Of a DNA stretch of 64,000 nt, positions 43,034 to 53,990 are shown piece after piece. Made by a program: the position numbers and the translations under genes. The stretch comes from Trypanosoma brucei. Its lineage: Eukaryota. How positions within the stretch are numbered: position 1 is the first letter of the stretch; the number at the start of each line of letters is the position of its first letter. The DNA lies in NCBI GenBank assembly GCA_000002445.1, contig CM000207.1:320001-384000 (forward strand), in the 5' to 3' direction. The notes beneath the pieces were generated by a model that saw only the letters and a list, made by a program, of their open reading frames with translations, ran no database searches and was not told where the DNA came from.

Positions 43034-44403
43034 AATAATACCACAGGTGTGTAGAGTTTCAATATACCCTTCCTTGCAAAATCCGTATGATCATGTTCAC
43101 AGAACCAAAAAATAAATAAATAAATAAATAAAGAGGAAAACAAGCACAATTCACATATTTAATTCCCACACCCAACATGGTGAAAAGAACAGTAGGCGGA
43201 GACTCGTCCTTTCCCGGTTATATACCACAAAGAATAAAAATAAAATACATGTATATTATATATAAATATAAATAGACTCGGCACAACATGCTGGATTGCC
43301 GCATACGCGCACACCCACACCGGATGAAATGGATGAAGGCATAACACGATGTTCCCCCACCTCCTCAAAGGAAAGGAAAGGAAAGGAATCATGAAGGGAT
43401 GAACGAAGAGGAAAAGCAGGAAACAAAAACAAAAACAACAACAACAATATATATATATATATACCTTTCTTCCTTTTCATATCATTCCCTTAGCAGCGCA
43501 AACAGCATTGCGGTGTACAGATCTTCAACTAATCTCATCCTCTGGTCGAGTGACGCGAAATAATCAAAAACAAAAACAAAAAGTGAAATAAAGAATTTTT
43601 TTTCATGATTAAGAGAGCAAGGAAAAAGGGAATGTCCCATACAATTTCTGGGGAATTGTGATTTTGCCGCACCGACCGCTTTTTTTTTCTTTTTATTTTT
43701 TCTTCCTTCCTTCGTTATGCACGCATGTTTTAGTAGTAGCAGGTGACTCTTCAATATTCTAGCAATAACCTCCGTGGTAAACCGTGGGAAAACGGTGGTA
43801 ATGTTAGTTTACGGTGAGGAAAAATGGGGGGGAATAAACGACACAGCCCCTCAATCGTCATGATAAAAATATTAATAAACAAAAAAACATGGTGAAAAAA
43901 AAAATGTGAAGCACCAGTACCGATTAACAAAAAGATATGAATGAGCAAAAAAGAAAAAGAAAGAGAAGAGCAAAAAAAAGGAGAAGGGTGCGAATCTTCG
44001 CAACGATCGCACAATTCAGCAGGCTAAAAGAGACATGACAAAAAAAAAAAAGAAATAAATATACGCTCATATATATATATATATGACGGAACGGTACCAA
44101 CGAATGCCTTGTTTCTCTAGCACAAAAGGTTTGCACCGCGCATATATGGTAATATCATGTGCTGAATAAAAAGATTTCCGCGTGCGAGCACCCGCACAAA
44201 CACACGGAAAGACTCCACACACAAAAAAAAATAATAATAAACACCCAATAAAGTGGTAGATGGAAATATGAGGCCACACACCCAACAGGCGCCCTTTTCA
44301 TCCAAGGAAAATTAACAATAAAATTAACAATAACAACAAAGAAAGAAATGGAAAAGAAAAGCGGTAACGCGCAGTTCATGCCTTATAGTCACACGACAGC
44401 GCA

Positions 44404-47400
44404 TTACCGCAGGTCTTCTGACACCTCCGCAACAGTGTGAGAGTGTCGGTCCTTTATTTTCTTCGACGATGTCCTCTTCTTTGTATGACCGCTGCTTCCT
44501 CTATCCTTTTCATCTGCTCCTATCTCTATTTTTGTCGCACTATTTCGTGATTTTTTGTGCGACATTTTGGTTTGAACAGCGTTGAGGTTGAGTAGGGCTG
44601 CTTTTTCCATTTCTTCTGAGAAAGGGTACTGAATTCCAATTCGGTCTGCCATGGCCATGTACTCCGCTAATTTGTTCTTCATGGGAACAACTTCCCCAGC
44701 AAGCATCTGCAGTTCCGCCTTCAGTTGCTCAACAGAGGCGTCATCACCTCCCTCTTTTTTGCGCAGAGCCTCCCTGGCTTGCCTAAGTTTAGAGCGCAAC
44801 CGTTTGTTCTCTGTCGTGAGCAGTTGCAGCTTTTTATCCGCTCCATCACCATTTACTGTTTTCTCGTCAACAGGGAGAATAGATGCGACTGGTTCAGCGG
44901 CACTCTCCAACTGCTGCTCAAGTTGTTGAATCTTTTCCTGCAACTCTTCCACCTGCCTCTCCAGGTCGTTTGTTGTGTAATCCTGCATTATACGCAGCTT
45001 CTCTGTGAGGTCAGCAATACTTTCCTTCAGCTTCCCATTTTCCTCTTGCAAAACCGATAGTTTGTCGTTAGATTCTTTCAGTTGCGCAGCCAAACTCTCA
45101 GCCTCCCTCTCATTTCCAACACTGCGATATGACGGGCTATCAGCACCGTGCGCCAGTACGTCCACCGCAGGGCCGTCATCAAAGCGAACAAGCGATAAGA
45201 GGTCGGTGTTTGGTTGCTTTTTCTTCTTTCTCCTGACTGGCAATGTAACAGCACCACTGACAATTTGTTCAGCACGCGCTGTTTGCAGCTTTTCTTCAAG
45301 TTGTTCGATGCGCCTACGCATAGCCGCTGCATCATCGTCTAACTTCTTCCTCTCTTCTTCAAACCTTTCATTGACCTCTGCAGAACTTCGTTCCTGCTCC
45401 TCTAACTGCCGATGTGCCTCTTTAAGAGTAACCCTTAACTGATCTACTTGTACACGCAGAGCAGTAACATCCGAATCTTCCGCCGCAGCGGATGAAGCTC
45501 GAGCAGCAACGCCACCGGCGGCTTCTGTGGATTGACGCAATTTGTCAAGTTCGCTTTCGATATGCAACCGCTCTTCTTCGACTTGATGCAACTGGGCACA
45601 CAACCTTCCACTTTCATTCTCGTACCTCTGCCTTTCTTCTGCTATGCGAACCTCCATCTCCAACTCCTTTTCATGCCGAACTGCCTCCAATTGATCATTT
45701 ACAGTTACCATTACACGACGTAGCTCCTCCTTCACGGCCTCCAACTCACTGCTAGTCGCCACTATCGTGGAGAGCAACTTTTCTTCTTGATTAGACTTTT
45801 CCTCCACCAAGCACTGATATTTATTCCTTTCCAGCTCAAGCGCGCGGTACTCATCCGTTAACTTTGCCATCTTCTCGTTGGTATTGGTGCACATCGCGGT
45901 TTCAGAGGCTAGACGCTCGGCAATTAATCCTAATTCAGCGGAGTGAGCAGAGCGAATTTGTTCGTTTTGCCTCAGTTGCTCCTCGTTCTCTGCCTCCAGT
46001 TCGTCAATCGTTTGACGGTACACCAAAAGCTCGGAGGTGAGCCGATCAATATCAGAAACCATTTGTTGGTTTTCGCTTACAAGTCTCGTGTTCTCGACCA
46101 TTACCGAGCGAATATCGTCAGGAACAAAGCTGTTACTCTCTAACTGTGCAGCAACGGTCCCTTCGCTTGCAACTGCGCGCTCACATTCGACTCCGCCAAC
46201 ACTAGTCCTTTGTTCAACACAGGCCCCAACGCCTTTGGTATCGTTAGCACCTCCACACTGCCGCATAACTTCTTCCATACGAAGCTGCAGTTCGTTTAAT
46301 TGGCCTTCGAGTGTAGTATTCTGGCCGCACAGTTTGTTATTTTCTTCCATCAGGCGACACACCTCCACACGAAGTTCCGCGCTTTCTTTCACAAGCGCAG
46401 CAACCTCGTCCTCACGCGACTTAAGAGTTTGCCTCTGGTTGTCTACAGTGTCCTGAAGACTCGCTCTCTCCGAACCCACACGTTGCAAGTCTGCTTGTGT
46501 TTCCCCCAGTTGCACTTTCACAGCTTGTAAAGAGAATTCCAGTGCCGTGCACCGTGCCTCAGTGTCACTTCCCGTATTCTGTCTTTGTGCTTCCTCTAAC
46601 TGAGTGATTTCTTCCCTAGCTTTTAACAATGCTTTTTCCGACTCCTCAGCACAAGAAAGACGCTCTCGTAACGTAGAAACCTCTTGCTGTAGCTCAGCTA
46701 CGCTTGTCTCAAATTGTGGTATTTTTTCTGCTTGCATGCGAGCCCTGTCAAGCTCCAACTGAGCTGCTTCGTAGTCACGAGAAAGCTGATCCCTTTCCAC
46801 CCTCAAGTTGTTGATATCAGTCGTAAGAGTTTCACATTGTGCCTCCAGCCCACGAAGCCGCTCCTCGTCATGTTCTTTTGTGGTTGCGAAGTAGGTTGCT
46901 TCCTCTTTCATTGCGGAAGATAGATCCGTCAGCTTCCCATTTTCTTCAGTAACTTGGGCAAGACGCGACTCCAAGATTGAAATCTTCTCCATTGCAGCCT
47001 CGTGTTGGTGTTGAGCGTCCTCGCAATTTTTGCACGATTTTGGCTCATTCATCGAGGCAGTCAGTAGCGTATCAACATCATAACTGGGTGCAGTCAGTTT
47101 TGCCTCCGCAGAACAACTCTCATTTTGTCTGATCCTATCTTCCAACTCTCTCAGTTTTTCGGTTAATGCCCTGTTCTCGGCTTCCACGTCCTTGTGCATG
47201 CTTGATTCAGTGGCAAGGTTTTCACGCAGATCTTCCAGCTCCTGTTCGTACCGTGTTATCTTGTCATGTAATTCCTGCTGCTTCTGCTCTGCGACGCTGG
47301 CACTGTCACATTCCTCCCTCGACGCTTGAAGCTCCCATTGTTGTTGAGTTAACTCCGCGGTTTTTGCTTGTAGTTCCGCTTGTAGTCGCTGTAGTTGGTC

Positions 47401-49221
47401 CCTCAATTCATCCTCTCGTATGCGATGCCGGTCAACCTCACTTCGTAAATCGTTGAACACCAAACTATTGGCCTCCAGTTCTTCCATACGAAGCTGCAGT
47501 TCGTTTAATTGGCCTTCGAGTGTAGTATTCTGGCCGCACAGTTTGTTATTTTCTTCCATCAGGCGACACACCTCCACACGAAGTTCCGCGCTTTCTTTCA
47601 CAAGCGCAGCAACCTCGTCCTCACGCGACTTAAGAGTTTGCCTCTGGTTGTCTACAGTGTCCTGAAGACTCGCTCTCTCCGAACCCACACGTTGCAAGTC
47701 TGCTTGTGTTTCCCCCAGTTGCACTTTCACAGCTTGTAAAGAGAATTCCAGTGCCGTGCACCGTGCCTCAGTGTCACTTCCCGTATTCTGTCTTTGTGCT
47801 TCCTCTAACTGAGTGATTTCTTCCCTAGCTTTTAACAATGCTTTTTCCGACTCCTCAGCACAAGAAAGACGCTCTCGTAACGTAGAAACCTCTTGCTGTA
47901 GCTCAGCTACGCTTGTCTCAAATTGTGGTATTTTTTCTGCTTGCATGCGAGCCCTGTCAAGCTCCAACTGAGCTGCTTCGTAGTCACGAGAAAGCTGATC
48001 CCTTTCCACCCTCAAGTTGTTGATATCAGTCGTAAGAGTTTCACATTGTGCCTCCAGCCCACGAAGCCGCTCCTCGTCATGTTCTTTTGTGGTTGCGAAG
48101 TAGGTTGCTTCCTCTTTCATTGCGGAAGATAGATCCGTCAGCTTCCCATTTTCTTCAGTAACTTGGGCAAGACGCGACTCCAAGATTGAAATCTTCTCCA
48201 TTGCAGCCTCGTGTTGGTGTTGAGCGTCCTCGCAATTTTTGCACGATTTTGGCTCATTCATCGAGGCAGTCAGTAGCGTATCAACATCATAACTGGGTGC
48301 AGTCAGTTTTGCCTCCGCAGAACAACTCTCATTTTGTCTGATCCTATCTTCCAACTCTCTCAGTTTTTCGGTTAATGCCCTGTTCTCGGCTTCCACGTCC
48401 TTGTGCATGCTTGATTCAGTGGCAAGGTTTTCACGCAGATCTTCCAGCTCCTGTTCGTACCGTGTTATCTTGTCATGTAATTCCTGCTGCTTCTGCTCTG
48501 CGACGCTGGCACTGTCACATTCCTCCCTCGACGCTTGAAGCTCCCATTGTTGTTGAGTTAACTCCGCGGTTTTTGCTTGTAGTTCCGCTTGTAGTCGCTG
48601 TAGTTGGTCCCTCAATTCATCCTCTCGTATGCGATGCCGGTCAACCTCACTTCGTAAATCCCTAAACATAACATTTTTTGATTCATCTTCGTCCTGAGCA
48701 ATACGAACAGTGACTGCAAGTGGACTACGACTTATAACCTCTTGTTGGTCACGCACAACCGCAGAGAGCTTTTGAACGTTGGCGTGCCCCTGCTGGACCT
48801 CCATCAGTAACTTTTGCACTTCGCCATTGGATGAGGTGTGCTGGGCTCGGAAGTCGGTGAATTCCTTGCACAAATTGTCTAATAACTTCTGCAGGTTTTC
48901 CGGCGTGGCTGTCTTTGAGCTTCCAAACAATTTAAACTTATCCCGTTCATAAAGTGCTTTAAGCACAGGTGTTTCGGAAAATATGTTGGTACTATAAGTT
49001 TCACACCTCACTTGCATCTCCGCTACAGTTCCAGAAAGTTTTGCATTCTCATCACATACCTTTGTAAGCACGTCCGTGAGCGACTTATTCTCCCGCTCGA
49101 GTTGCTTAACCCGCTTGACCAGTGCATCGGCCTCTTCAGTGGATTGCACAATTTGTATTGCCTTTACAGGTTGCTGCGCCGTCGGGCCGTTGTCCACATC
49201 GCAGTGTCCGGATGCCTCCAT
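44404..49221 (-). CDS. Giant coiled-coil protein (1605 aa) containing an internal, perfect ~403-aa tandem duplication.
   Basis: ATG confirmed (plus 49219-49221 cat). It has E/Q/L/R/K-rich heptad composition nearly throughout. The block FNDLRSEVDRHRIREDELRDQLQRLQAELQAK...QLNELQLRMEE occurs twice in tandem. Confidence 0.85.
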   Translation of the reverse strand: MEASGHCDVDNGPTAQQPVKAIQIVQSTEEADALVKRVKQLERENKSLTDVLTKVCDENAKLSGTVAEMQVRCETYSTNIFSETPVLKALYERDKFKLFGSSKTATPENLQKLLDNLCKEFTDFRAQHTSSNGEVQKLLMEVQQGHANVQKLSAVVRDQQEVISRSPLAVTVRIAQDEDESKNVMFRDLRSEVDRHRIREDELRDQLQRLQAELQAKTAELTQQQWELQASREECDSASVAEQKQQELHDKITRYEQELEDLRENLATESSMHKDVEAENRALTEKLRELEDRIRQNESCSAEAKLTAPSYDVDTLLTASMNEPKSCKNCEDAQHQHEAAMEKISILESRLAQVTEENGKLTDLSSAMKEEATYFATTKEHDEERLRGLEAQCETLTTDINNLRVERDQLSRDYEAAQLELDRARMQAEKIPQFETSVAELQQEVSTLRERLSCAEESEKALLKAREEITQLEEAQRQNTGSDTEARCTALEFSLQAVKVQLGETQADLQRVGSERASLQDTVDNQRQTLKSREDEVAALVKESAELRVEVCRLMEENNKLCGQNTTLEGQLNELQLRMEELEANSLVFNDLRSEVDRHRIREDELRDQLQRLQAELQAKTAELTQQQWELQASREECDSASVAEQKQQELHDKITRYEQELEDLRENLATESSMHKDVEAENRALTEKLRELEDRIRQNESCSAEAKLTAPSYDVDTLLTASMNEPKSCKNCEDAQHQHEAAMEKISILESRLAQVTEENGKLTDLSSAMKEEATYFATTKEHDEERLRGLEAQCETLTTDINNLRVERDQLSRDYEAAQLELDRARMQAEKIPQFETSVAELQQEVSTLRERLSCAEESEKALLKAREEITQLEEAQRQNTGSDTEARCTALEFSLQAVKVQLGETQADLQRVGSERASLQDTVDNQRQTLKSREDEVAALVKESAELRVEVCRLMEENNKLCGQNTTLEGQLNELQLRMEEVMRQCGGANDTKGVGACVEQRTSVGGVECERAVASEGTVAAQLESNSFVPDDIRSVMVENTRLVSENQQMVSDIDRLTSELLVYRQTIDELEAENEEQLRQNEQIRSAHSAELGLIAERLASETAMCTNTNEKMAKLTDEYRALELERNKYQCLVEEKSNQEEKLLSTIVATSSELEAVKEELRRVMVTVNDQLEAVRHEKELEMEVRIAEERQRYENESGRLCAQLHQVEEERLHIESELDKLRQSTEAAGGVAARASSAAAEDSDVTALRVQVDQLRVTLKEAHRQLEEQERSSAEVNERFEEERKKLDDDAAAMRRRIEQLEEKLQTARAEQIVSGAVTLPVRRKKKKQPNTDLLSLVRFDDGPAVDVLAHGADSPSYRSVGNEREAESLAAQLKESNDKLSVLQEENGKLKESIADLTEKLRIMQDYTTNDLERQVEELQEKIQQLEQQLESAAEPVASILPVDEKTVNGDGADKKLQLLTTENKRLRSKLRQAREALRKKEGGDDASVEQLKAELQMLAGEVVPMKNKLAEYMAMADRIGIQYPFSEEMEKAALLNLNAVQTKMSHKKSRNSATKIEIGADEKDRGSSGHTKKRTSSKKIKDRHSHTVAEVSEDLR
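46270..48660. repeat. Direct tandem duplication with a 1209-bp period. 46270-47451 is repeated, apparently identically, at 47479-48660 (the second copy truncated by ~27 bp), inside the giant coiled-coil CDS.
   Basis: The left junction (ttcttccatacgaagctgcagttcgtttaattggccttcgag at 46270 and 47479) and the right junction (cctcaattcatcctctcgtatgcgatgccggtcaacctcacttcgtaaatc ending at 47451 and 48660) were located by eye. Identical plus-strand ORF translations recur at 46300/47509, 46714/47923 and 47166/48375, consistent with ~100% identity. The period of 1209 = 3 x 403 preserves the frame. Confidence 0.9.
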
Positions 49222-49645
49222 TTGTCTCTACGATGATGGCACCTACCTTTCTATGTTTATTAGAAGATCGGTAGTTATCTTCAACGTATTGTTAGTATTA
49301 TTTTTTTTATATTAAAAAAAAAAAGCGTCGGCGTATGTGCGACGAGGCGTGGTGACGGGTCCAGTCGTCACGTCACTTTGTATGGTTTCTAAATGATGGC
49401 AAGGGCACAATGATGACAACGAGGTATAGAAAAAGACGAACAGAGGATAAAAAAATAATTTAAAACAAAAATTAGAGGGTTGTGTGGATGGCATTTTACG
49501 TACTCACAAACGTTGTCATTGTGACAAGCAAAATTATCGTACGTTTTATGTCCGCAAATGAAAAAGTGAAGTAAGAGTGTGGAGAAGAGGGGAAGAGAAA
49601 AAAATTCCACACCAATAAAAGGAGATAGATAGAGGAACGCCGCGC

Positions 49646-49873
49646 TTACCGGGGAAAGCGTGTGTTGTGTAGTGCAGTGCATTTATCAAATCCCTTCACC
49701 TTTAATTGAGACTTAGGGAGAGTTGTTCCGTGGCCGTTAAACACATATTCCAGTGGACAACACCGATCCCAACAGACTCCACATCGTTCAACCATTTGCT
49801 TTTCATTCCATGCTGCTGTGCAAACGCGGTAAATGCGGCACCGAGACAAATATTCCCAAACCAGCGTGTCCAT
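49646..49873 (-). CDS. Possible small Cys-rich protein (75 aa).
   Basis: The ATG at 49873 (MDTLVWEYLSRCRIYRVCTAAWNEKQMVERCGVCWDRCCPLEY...) is in the unit orientation between two confident genes. Unverified. Confidence 0.2.
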   Translation of the reverse strand: MDTLVWEYLSRCRIYRVCTAAWNEKQMVERCGVCWDRCCPLEYVFNGHGTTLPKSQLKVKGFDKCTALHNTRFPR

Positions 49874-50015
49874 GTAAGAGGGAAGGGATGAAGAAGTAAA
49901 CACTAAACTTAAAGATGAATCACCCTACGATATACAGGGAACTACAAAAAAAAAGGCGGGGGAAAATATGACAATACCGCTTCCACATTCCATGCCTCCT
50001 TTAACACACAACTCC

Positions 50016-50669
50016 TCACTGGCGGCTTCCCGCAGCATCCAGAACCGCCAGATGATACATGCTATCCAGCAGCTGTTGCACATTCACCACCTGCTTGAAA
50101 GCACTCAACGCGGCTGTCAAAGCCATAAAGAACAGAAACGCAGGTTCAGCGATCCCATACACGCCGTACATATATAAGTTTAAGTAGAAAAGTTCCTGTC
50201 CGACGCAAAGTGCACACATAAACGGACGATTTGTATAATAAAGTCGCAGAAGTGAAAAAATACTGCTGCTCACGTCCTTATGACTAGTACGGCCAGCATA
50301 AAGCGACACGTACATGACGCAGAAATGCGAAGAAATATCCAGGAAAACAAGACATGCAAGCGAAGTGGCTCCCCAATGTGGAAGCGGTTGTAATACCTGC
50401 ACAACCACAACAATCAAACCAGCCGTTGACGCCCGATCCGTCAACATATCAAGTATCGCACCAAACTGTGTGCATTGGCCAAACCGTCGCGCTACCATGC
50501 CATCCACCGCGTCCAGCACAAAACCAATGATGTAACAAAATAAAAATGCAATGGGAAAGTGGCCGAGCAAGCAGAAGGAAATCAATGAAAGAATAACGCG
50601 TGTGTAGCCAATGAGGTTAGGGTAAAACAAACATACCTGCAGTGGTGTGGTAGTTTTAGCTTTCGGCAT
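50016..50669 (-). CDS. PIS: CDP-alcohol phosphatidyltransferase; phosphatidylinositol synthase (CDP-DAG-inositol 3-phosphatidyltransferase)-like.
   Basis: LDAVDGMVARRFGQCTQFGAILDMLTDR matches D-x2-DG-x2-AR-x8-G-x3-D-x3-D exactly. The protein is 217 aa with multiple TM segments, the size and topology typical of eukaryotic PI synthases. ATG confirmed. Confidence 0.85.
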   Translation of the reverse strand: MPKAKTTTPLQVCLFYPNLIGYTRVILSLISFCLLGHFPIAFLFCYIIGFVLDAVDGMVARRFGQCTQFGAILDMLTDRASTAGLIVVVVQVLQPLPHWGATSLACLVFLDISSHFCVMYVSLYAGRTSHKDVSSSIFSLLRLYYTNRPFMCALCVGQELFYLNLYMYGVYGIAEPAFLFFMALTAALSAFKQVVNVQQLLDSMYHLAVLDAAGSRQ

Positions 50670-51132
50670 TGGTGCTGCGTTGCTTGCCTATGCCTATGCC
50701 TATGCGTGTGTTTGTGTTTGTGTATCTCCTTCCACCTACGTCAGACGGTAATGCCCCTGTTATTTGACACCGTGTCCACAAGTTTTCTGAAAAAGAAAAA
50801 AAATACTGGCAGAGACCAAAGACAAGTCAGAAAAGGGTTACAAACATACACGTACATGGAACAATTAAATAATTCCACGAACTTAACGACAACAGCGTGA
50901 CAACCCACCCGAAACCTCTTATTTCCCTTTTCTCCAAATCACGACCTTTCGTCATCACTGACATCAGGGACCACAAGAGTCAACAGCACAGTGCTCGACG
51001 CAGAGTGAAGAGAAACACACCGATAATCACATAAGCGGAGACAACACAACACAACACCACGCGACGCTAAAGTGATTATAGAAAAGCGCAACATATCCAT
51101 TCGTCAAAGAAAGAAAAAAAATGCACGGCACA

Positions 51133-51525
51133 CTACATGTCATCCATTCGTTCCTCTTCATCAATAGATGTCCCCTCCCGTCGAATTTCCTCACGCATGG
51201 CCTCCACACTAAATGGACACGCACGATACTTTAGTACTGGGTACCGAAAGTACACGTTCTCCCGTGCAACATGCTTCTTCGCAAGACAGTTGTCGCACAA
51301 CTCGGCATCCGCACCACTAAAGTTGTCAAGAGTACGATGCACTCCGCAAAGTATACACAGACGTTTACAATCAATGCAAACGAGCGACTGCGCGGGGGCG
51401 GTAGCTTTTGAGAAATGTGCTGCGGGAAGCAGACGGGTGCAGCTATTACACCGCAATCGTAAATGCTTCCTGGAAACTAACAGTGCGCCTGTGCGAATAG
51501 TGCAAAAGACAGCAGTACGCCACAT
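51133..51525 (-). CDS. Small Cys-rich (zinc-ribbon-like) hypothetical protein (130 aa).
   Basis: ATG confirmed. CNSCTRL...CIDCKRLCILCGV...CDNC are CxxC pairs. I recognise no family. Confidence 0.5.
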   Translation of the reverse strand: MWRTAVFCTIRTGALLVSRKHLRLRCNSCTRLLPAAHFSKATAPAQSLVCIDCKRLCILCGVHRTLDNFSGADAELCDNCLAKKHVARENVYFRYPVLKYRACPFSVEAMREEIRREGTSIDEEERMDDM

Positions 51526-51553
51526 GAAGTACAGGAGCCTAAATGCTCCCTAG

Positions 51554-51574
51554 ACACACACACACACACACACA
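51554..51574. repeat. (AC)10 microsatellite.
   Basis: Read directly. A compound (AC)8(AT)8 lies at 22198-22229, and a (TG/TATG)n run at 58238-58263. Confidence 0.9.
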
Positions 51575-51729
51575 ATTTCTTTTTCCAGAGGATGAAAACA
51601 ATAAAAATAAAAAATAAAAAAATATATGGATATGCCAACTCCTAGTTTCGCTGCGTCGTCAACTGCCTCAGAAGGAATCGCAAAAATGACGCCAAAAGTA
51701 ACAGTCATTTATTAAATAGAAAAGTACGG

Positions 51730-51733
<4 letters not shown>

Positions 51734-51770
<37 letters not shown>
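51734..51770. repeat. (AT)~18 microsatellite, the longest of many intergenic (TA)n tracts.
   Basis: Read directly. Similar (TA)n runs occur at 10973-10986, 21256-21277, 41837-41867, 43444-43461, 44069-44086, 54072-54087, 56634-56649, 58224-58237, 58438-58452 and 62975-62998. Confidence 0.9.
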
Positions 51771-51777
<7 letters not shown>

Positions 51778-51857
51778 ACGATAAACAAAACGAGCCGATT
51801 CGGCGAAAGCGTGGGTGAAATCCAAAGATAGGTGCTACACGCAAAGACTCGACATCG

Positions 51858-52958
51858 TCAACGAACAAAAGCAATATCACAATGAAGCAACACCACCTGA
51901 TCCTTCATCCTCTGCTCCACACGCCTTTGCACTTCCTTAGCGAAGGACACCGAATCCCCCACAACATCCTCCCAGGCCAAACCCTCCCCATTGAGCTGCC
52001 CGTTCCGTAGTAACTCCTCCAGAACAGCGGGATGCGTACAGGAATATCCTCGTGACAGGATTGCCCGGCGGTACCGCTCCGTCAGTAGCTCCTCCGCAAC
52101 ACTCTGCAAAGTAAGCTCGTATTGAGGGAAAGTACCGTTCTGTGAATAGTTGCGCACTAACGCTGGCCGTACACGCGAGCGAAACAAAAGCCGCGGTTTT
52201 TCAACACAATTTTTACCGTCCCTACCGGAGACGGGTTCGTCATATTTAGAGAAGGAAGGAGTTGCGCTGAGTAACCGCTGGCGGTCGAGTGTGAACCGGT
52301 ACGGATGCAATAGCGGTGCCAAATCCACAACAACAACGGAGTCCGTGGCGTGGAGGTACAACCGAATGCTGTGAATCAGCCAGTTAACTTTTATGTGTTG
52401 CTGTGTGAAGTTAATCCCACGCGTAGGCACCGCAGAGGTGCCACTATCGTTACTACAAGCATCACTAGCAATAGCATTGCTGCTGCTGCTGCAAGTTGCC
52501 ACATCGATCACACACCTCCGGCCCGTCCACCTATTACGAACCACTGCATAATCACATGAAAACGTTTTTCTACGGGCATCCGATTTTGGATCAGGATCCG
52601 TGGTCAAGACGTAACTTTTCGTCGTCATGAACCACACGGTTCCCCCAAAGGCAGCTGCAGAGAGAACTGCGTAAAGACTTAGCATCGCCTTAAGTCTTCC
52701 GAGTGCTGCGGTGGGACCTAACACACGAAACCCCTCCATAAAGCCGTAACCCTTCACACCATACACACCGGTACGTTCGGCAGCGGTGGCGGCTGAAGTT
52801 GAGGACGTCAGTGGTGTCGTGCTCCACGGTAATCTTTCCTTGGTATCATCGCCACCAGATGCAGCAGAATTCGATGATACACTCCGTGCACCGCACATCC
52901 ACGCTGCGCTTATTCGAGCAAGTCCCATAGGCGGGCATCTCCTTGTCAATCCCCACAT
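51858..52958 (-). CDS. Hypothetical protein (~366 aa) with a presequence-like N-terminus and one or two hydrophobic segments.
   Basis: The track start at 53000 is TTG; the ATG is at 52958 (MWGLTRRCPPMGLARISAAWMCGARSVSS...). There is a hydrophobic stretch AMLSLYAVLSAAAFGGTVWFM. Confidence 0.6.
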   Translation of the reverse strand: MWGLTRRCPPMGLARISAAWMCGARSVSSNSAASGGDDTKERLPWSTTPLTSSTSAATAAERTGVYGVKGYGFMEGFRVLGPTAALGRLKAMLSLYAVLSAAAFGGTVWFMTTKSYVLTTDPDPKSDARRKTFSCDYAVVRNRWTGRRCVIDVATCSSSSNAIASDACSNDSGTSAVPTRGINFTQQHIKVNWLIHSIRLYLHATDSVVVVDLAPLLHPYRFTLDRQRLLSATPSFSKYDEPVSGRDGKNCVEKPRLLFRSRVRPALVRNYSQNGTFPQYELTLQSVAEELLTERYRRAILSRGYSCTHPAVLEELLRNGQLNGEGLAWEDVVGDSVSFAKEVQRRVEQRMKDQVVLLHCDIAFVR

Positions 52959-53255
52959 TAAAGTAAGGACTACACCCCTTCCTTGGTGAACAAGCAACAA
53001 AGTAGTTCAGAGACGTAATACACTCCTTGGTACGGATGATGTTCAAAATAGGGCTTCTAGAGTAAAGGGTTACAACACTTTGGGGTAACCTATTCCAGCA
53101 TCACCTGCGGAGGTGGACAAACAGTAATTCATTCATAGAGTCAACGATGCAGTTGAGTGGGGTTACGGTGTTTTTGTCGCTGTCCACACACAGTGAAGAG
53201 ATGTAAGTGATAACAGACGACAACTGGAAAGTGATCATGTTACAACATCGCCGCT

Positions 53256-53990
53256 TCACTCAGATCGGGGGCGCTTCTGCCCTTTCCCCACGTCCTCCAC
53301 TGTTGCATCAGCAGTGCCAACATGTAATGTAACGGTGCGCTTCTCGCCCCCGTTCGCCGCGTCTCTTGTGAAAGAAGTGGGAACAGAGGTTGACTGGTGA
53401 GCATCAGGATCCGCAGGACCATGACTGCTCCCTTTCGTCTTCAATTTATCAACGAGTTGCTTCATTGAGTTGAGATGCAATGTTGACTGCTCCAGTGATT
53501 CCTCAACTTCCCTGAGCGCATGACTCGTGAGCACGCACAACGCCCTTAACTGCCGTAAACACAACCGACGGAGCTTAACACTAACATTTTCCTCCTCTTT
53601 ATCACGTTCAATATCCTCCGCTAGCTCAGCGCGGATCGTTGCTAATCGTCTCTCCCGAGCCTCCTTTGCGGCCTTCGCTTCCTCAATCGCCTTACCATTT
53701 CCCCCAGATGTGATGGCGACTTGCTGAACAACATTAGGAGGTGGTGGCTGATTCGCCACCCACACGGTTACACTGCTAGTAAGGTCACCAAATGCGGTAC
53801 CGCTAAAAGTCAGGGCCGTACTAACGCTGTTTAAGCTGCTGAAAATAACAATAAGACGATCTGCAACATCCCATCCCTCGATTGGCCCACACTTCGTAGC
53901 GAGTAGGCGGACAAAATCCTCGTAAAAGGCGGAAGGACAACCATCCACATAAATCGTCCGGTGAAGTTTACCAACGAGATCAAGTGTCAT
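53256..53990 (-). CDS. Hypothetical protein (~244 aa) with an N-terminal alpha/beta region (possibly RRM-like) and a coiled-coil centre.
   Basis: The track start is TTG; the ATG is at 53990 (MTLDLVGKLHRTIYVDGCPSAFYEDFVRLLATKCGPIEGWDV...). The middle is charged and helical. Confidence 0.55.
   Translation of the reverse strand: MTLDLVGKLHRTIYVDGCPSAFYEDFVRLLATKCGPIEGWDVADRLIVIFSSLNSVSTALTFSGTAFGDLTSSVTVWVANQPPPPNVVQQVAITSGGNGKAIEEAKAAKEARERRLATIRAELAEDIERDKEEENVSVKLRRLCLRQLRALCVLTSHALREVEESLEQSTLHLNSMKQLVDKLKTKGSSHGPADPDAHQSTSVPTSFTRDAANGGEKRTVTLHVGTADATVEDVGKGQKRPRSE

Noticed and set aside
44651-48665. Numerous 60-145-aa plus-strand ORFs inside the giant coiled-coil gene, several duplicated.
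   Set aside because: They are the antisense of a Glu/Gln/Leu-rich coiled-coil gene and are stop-poor. Their duplication reflects the tandem DNA repeat, not independent genes. They were useful only as identity checkpoints.
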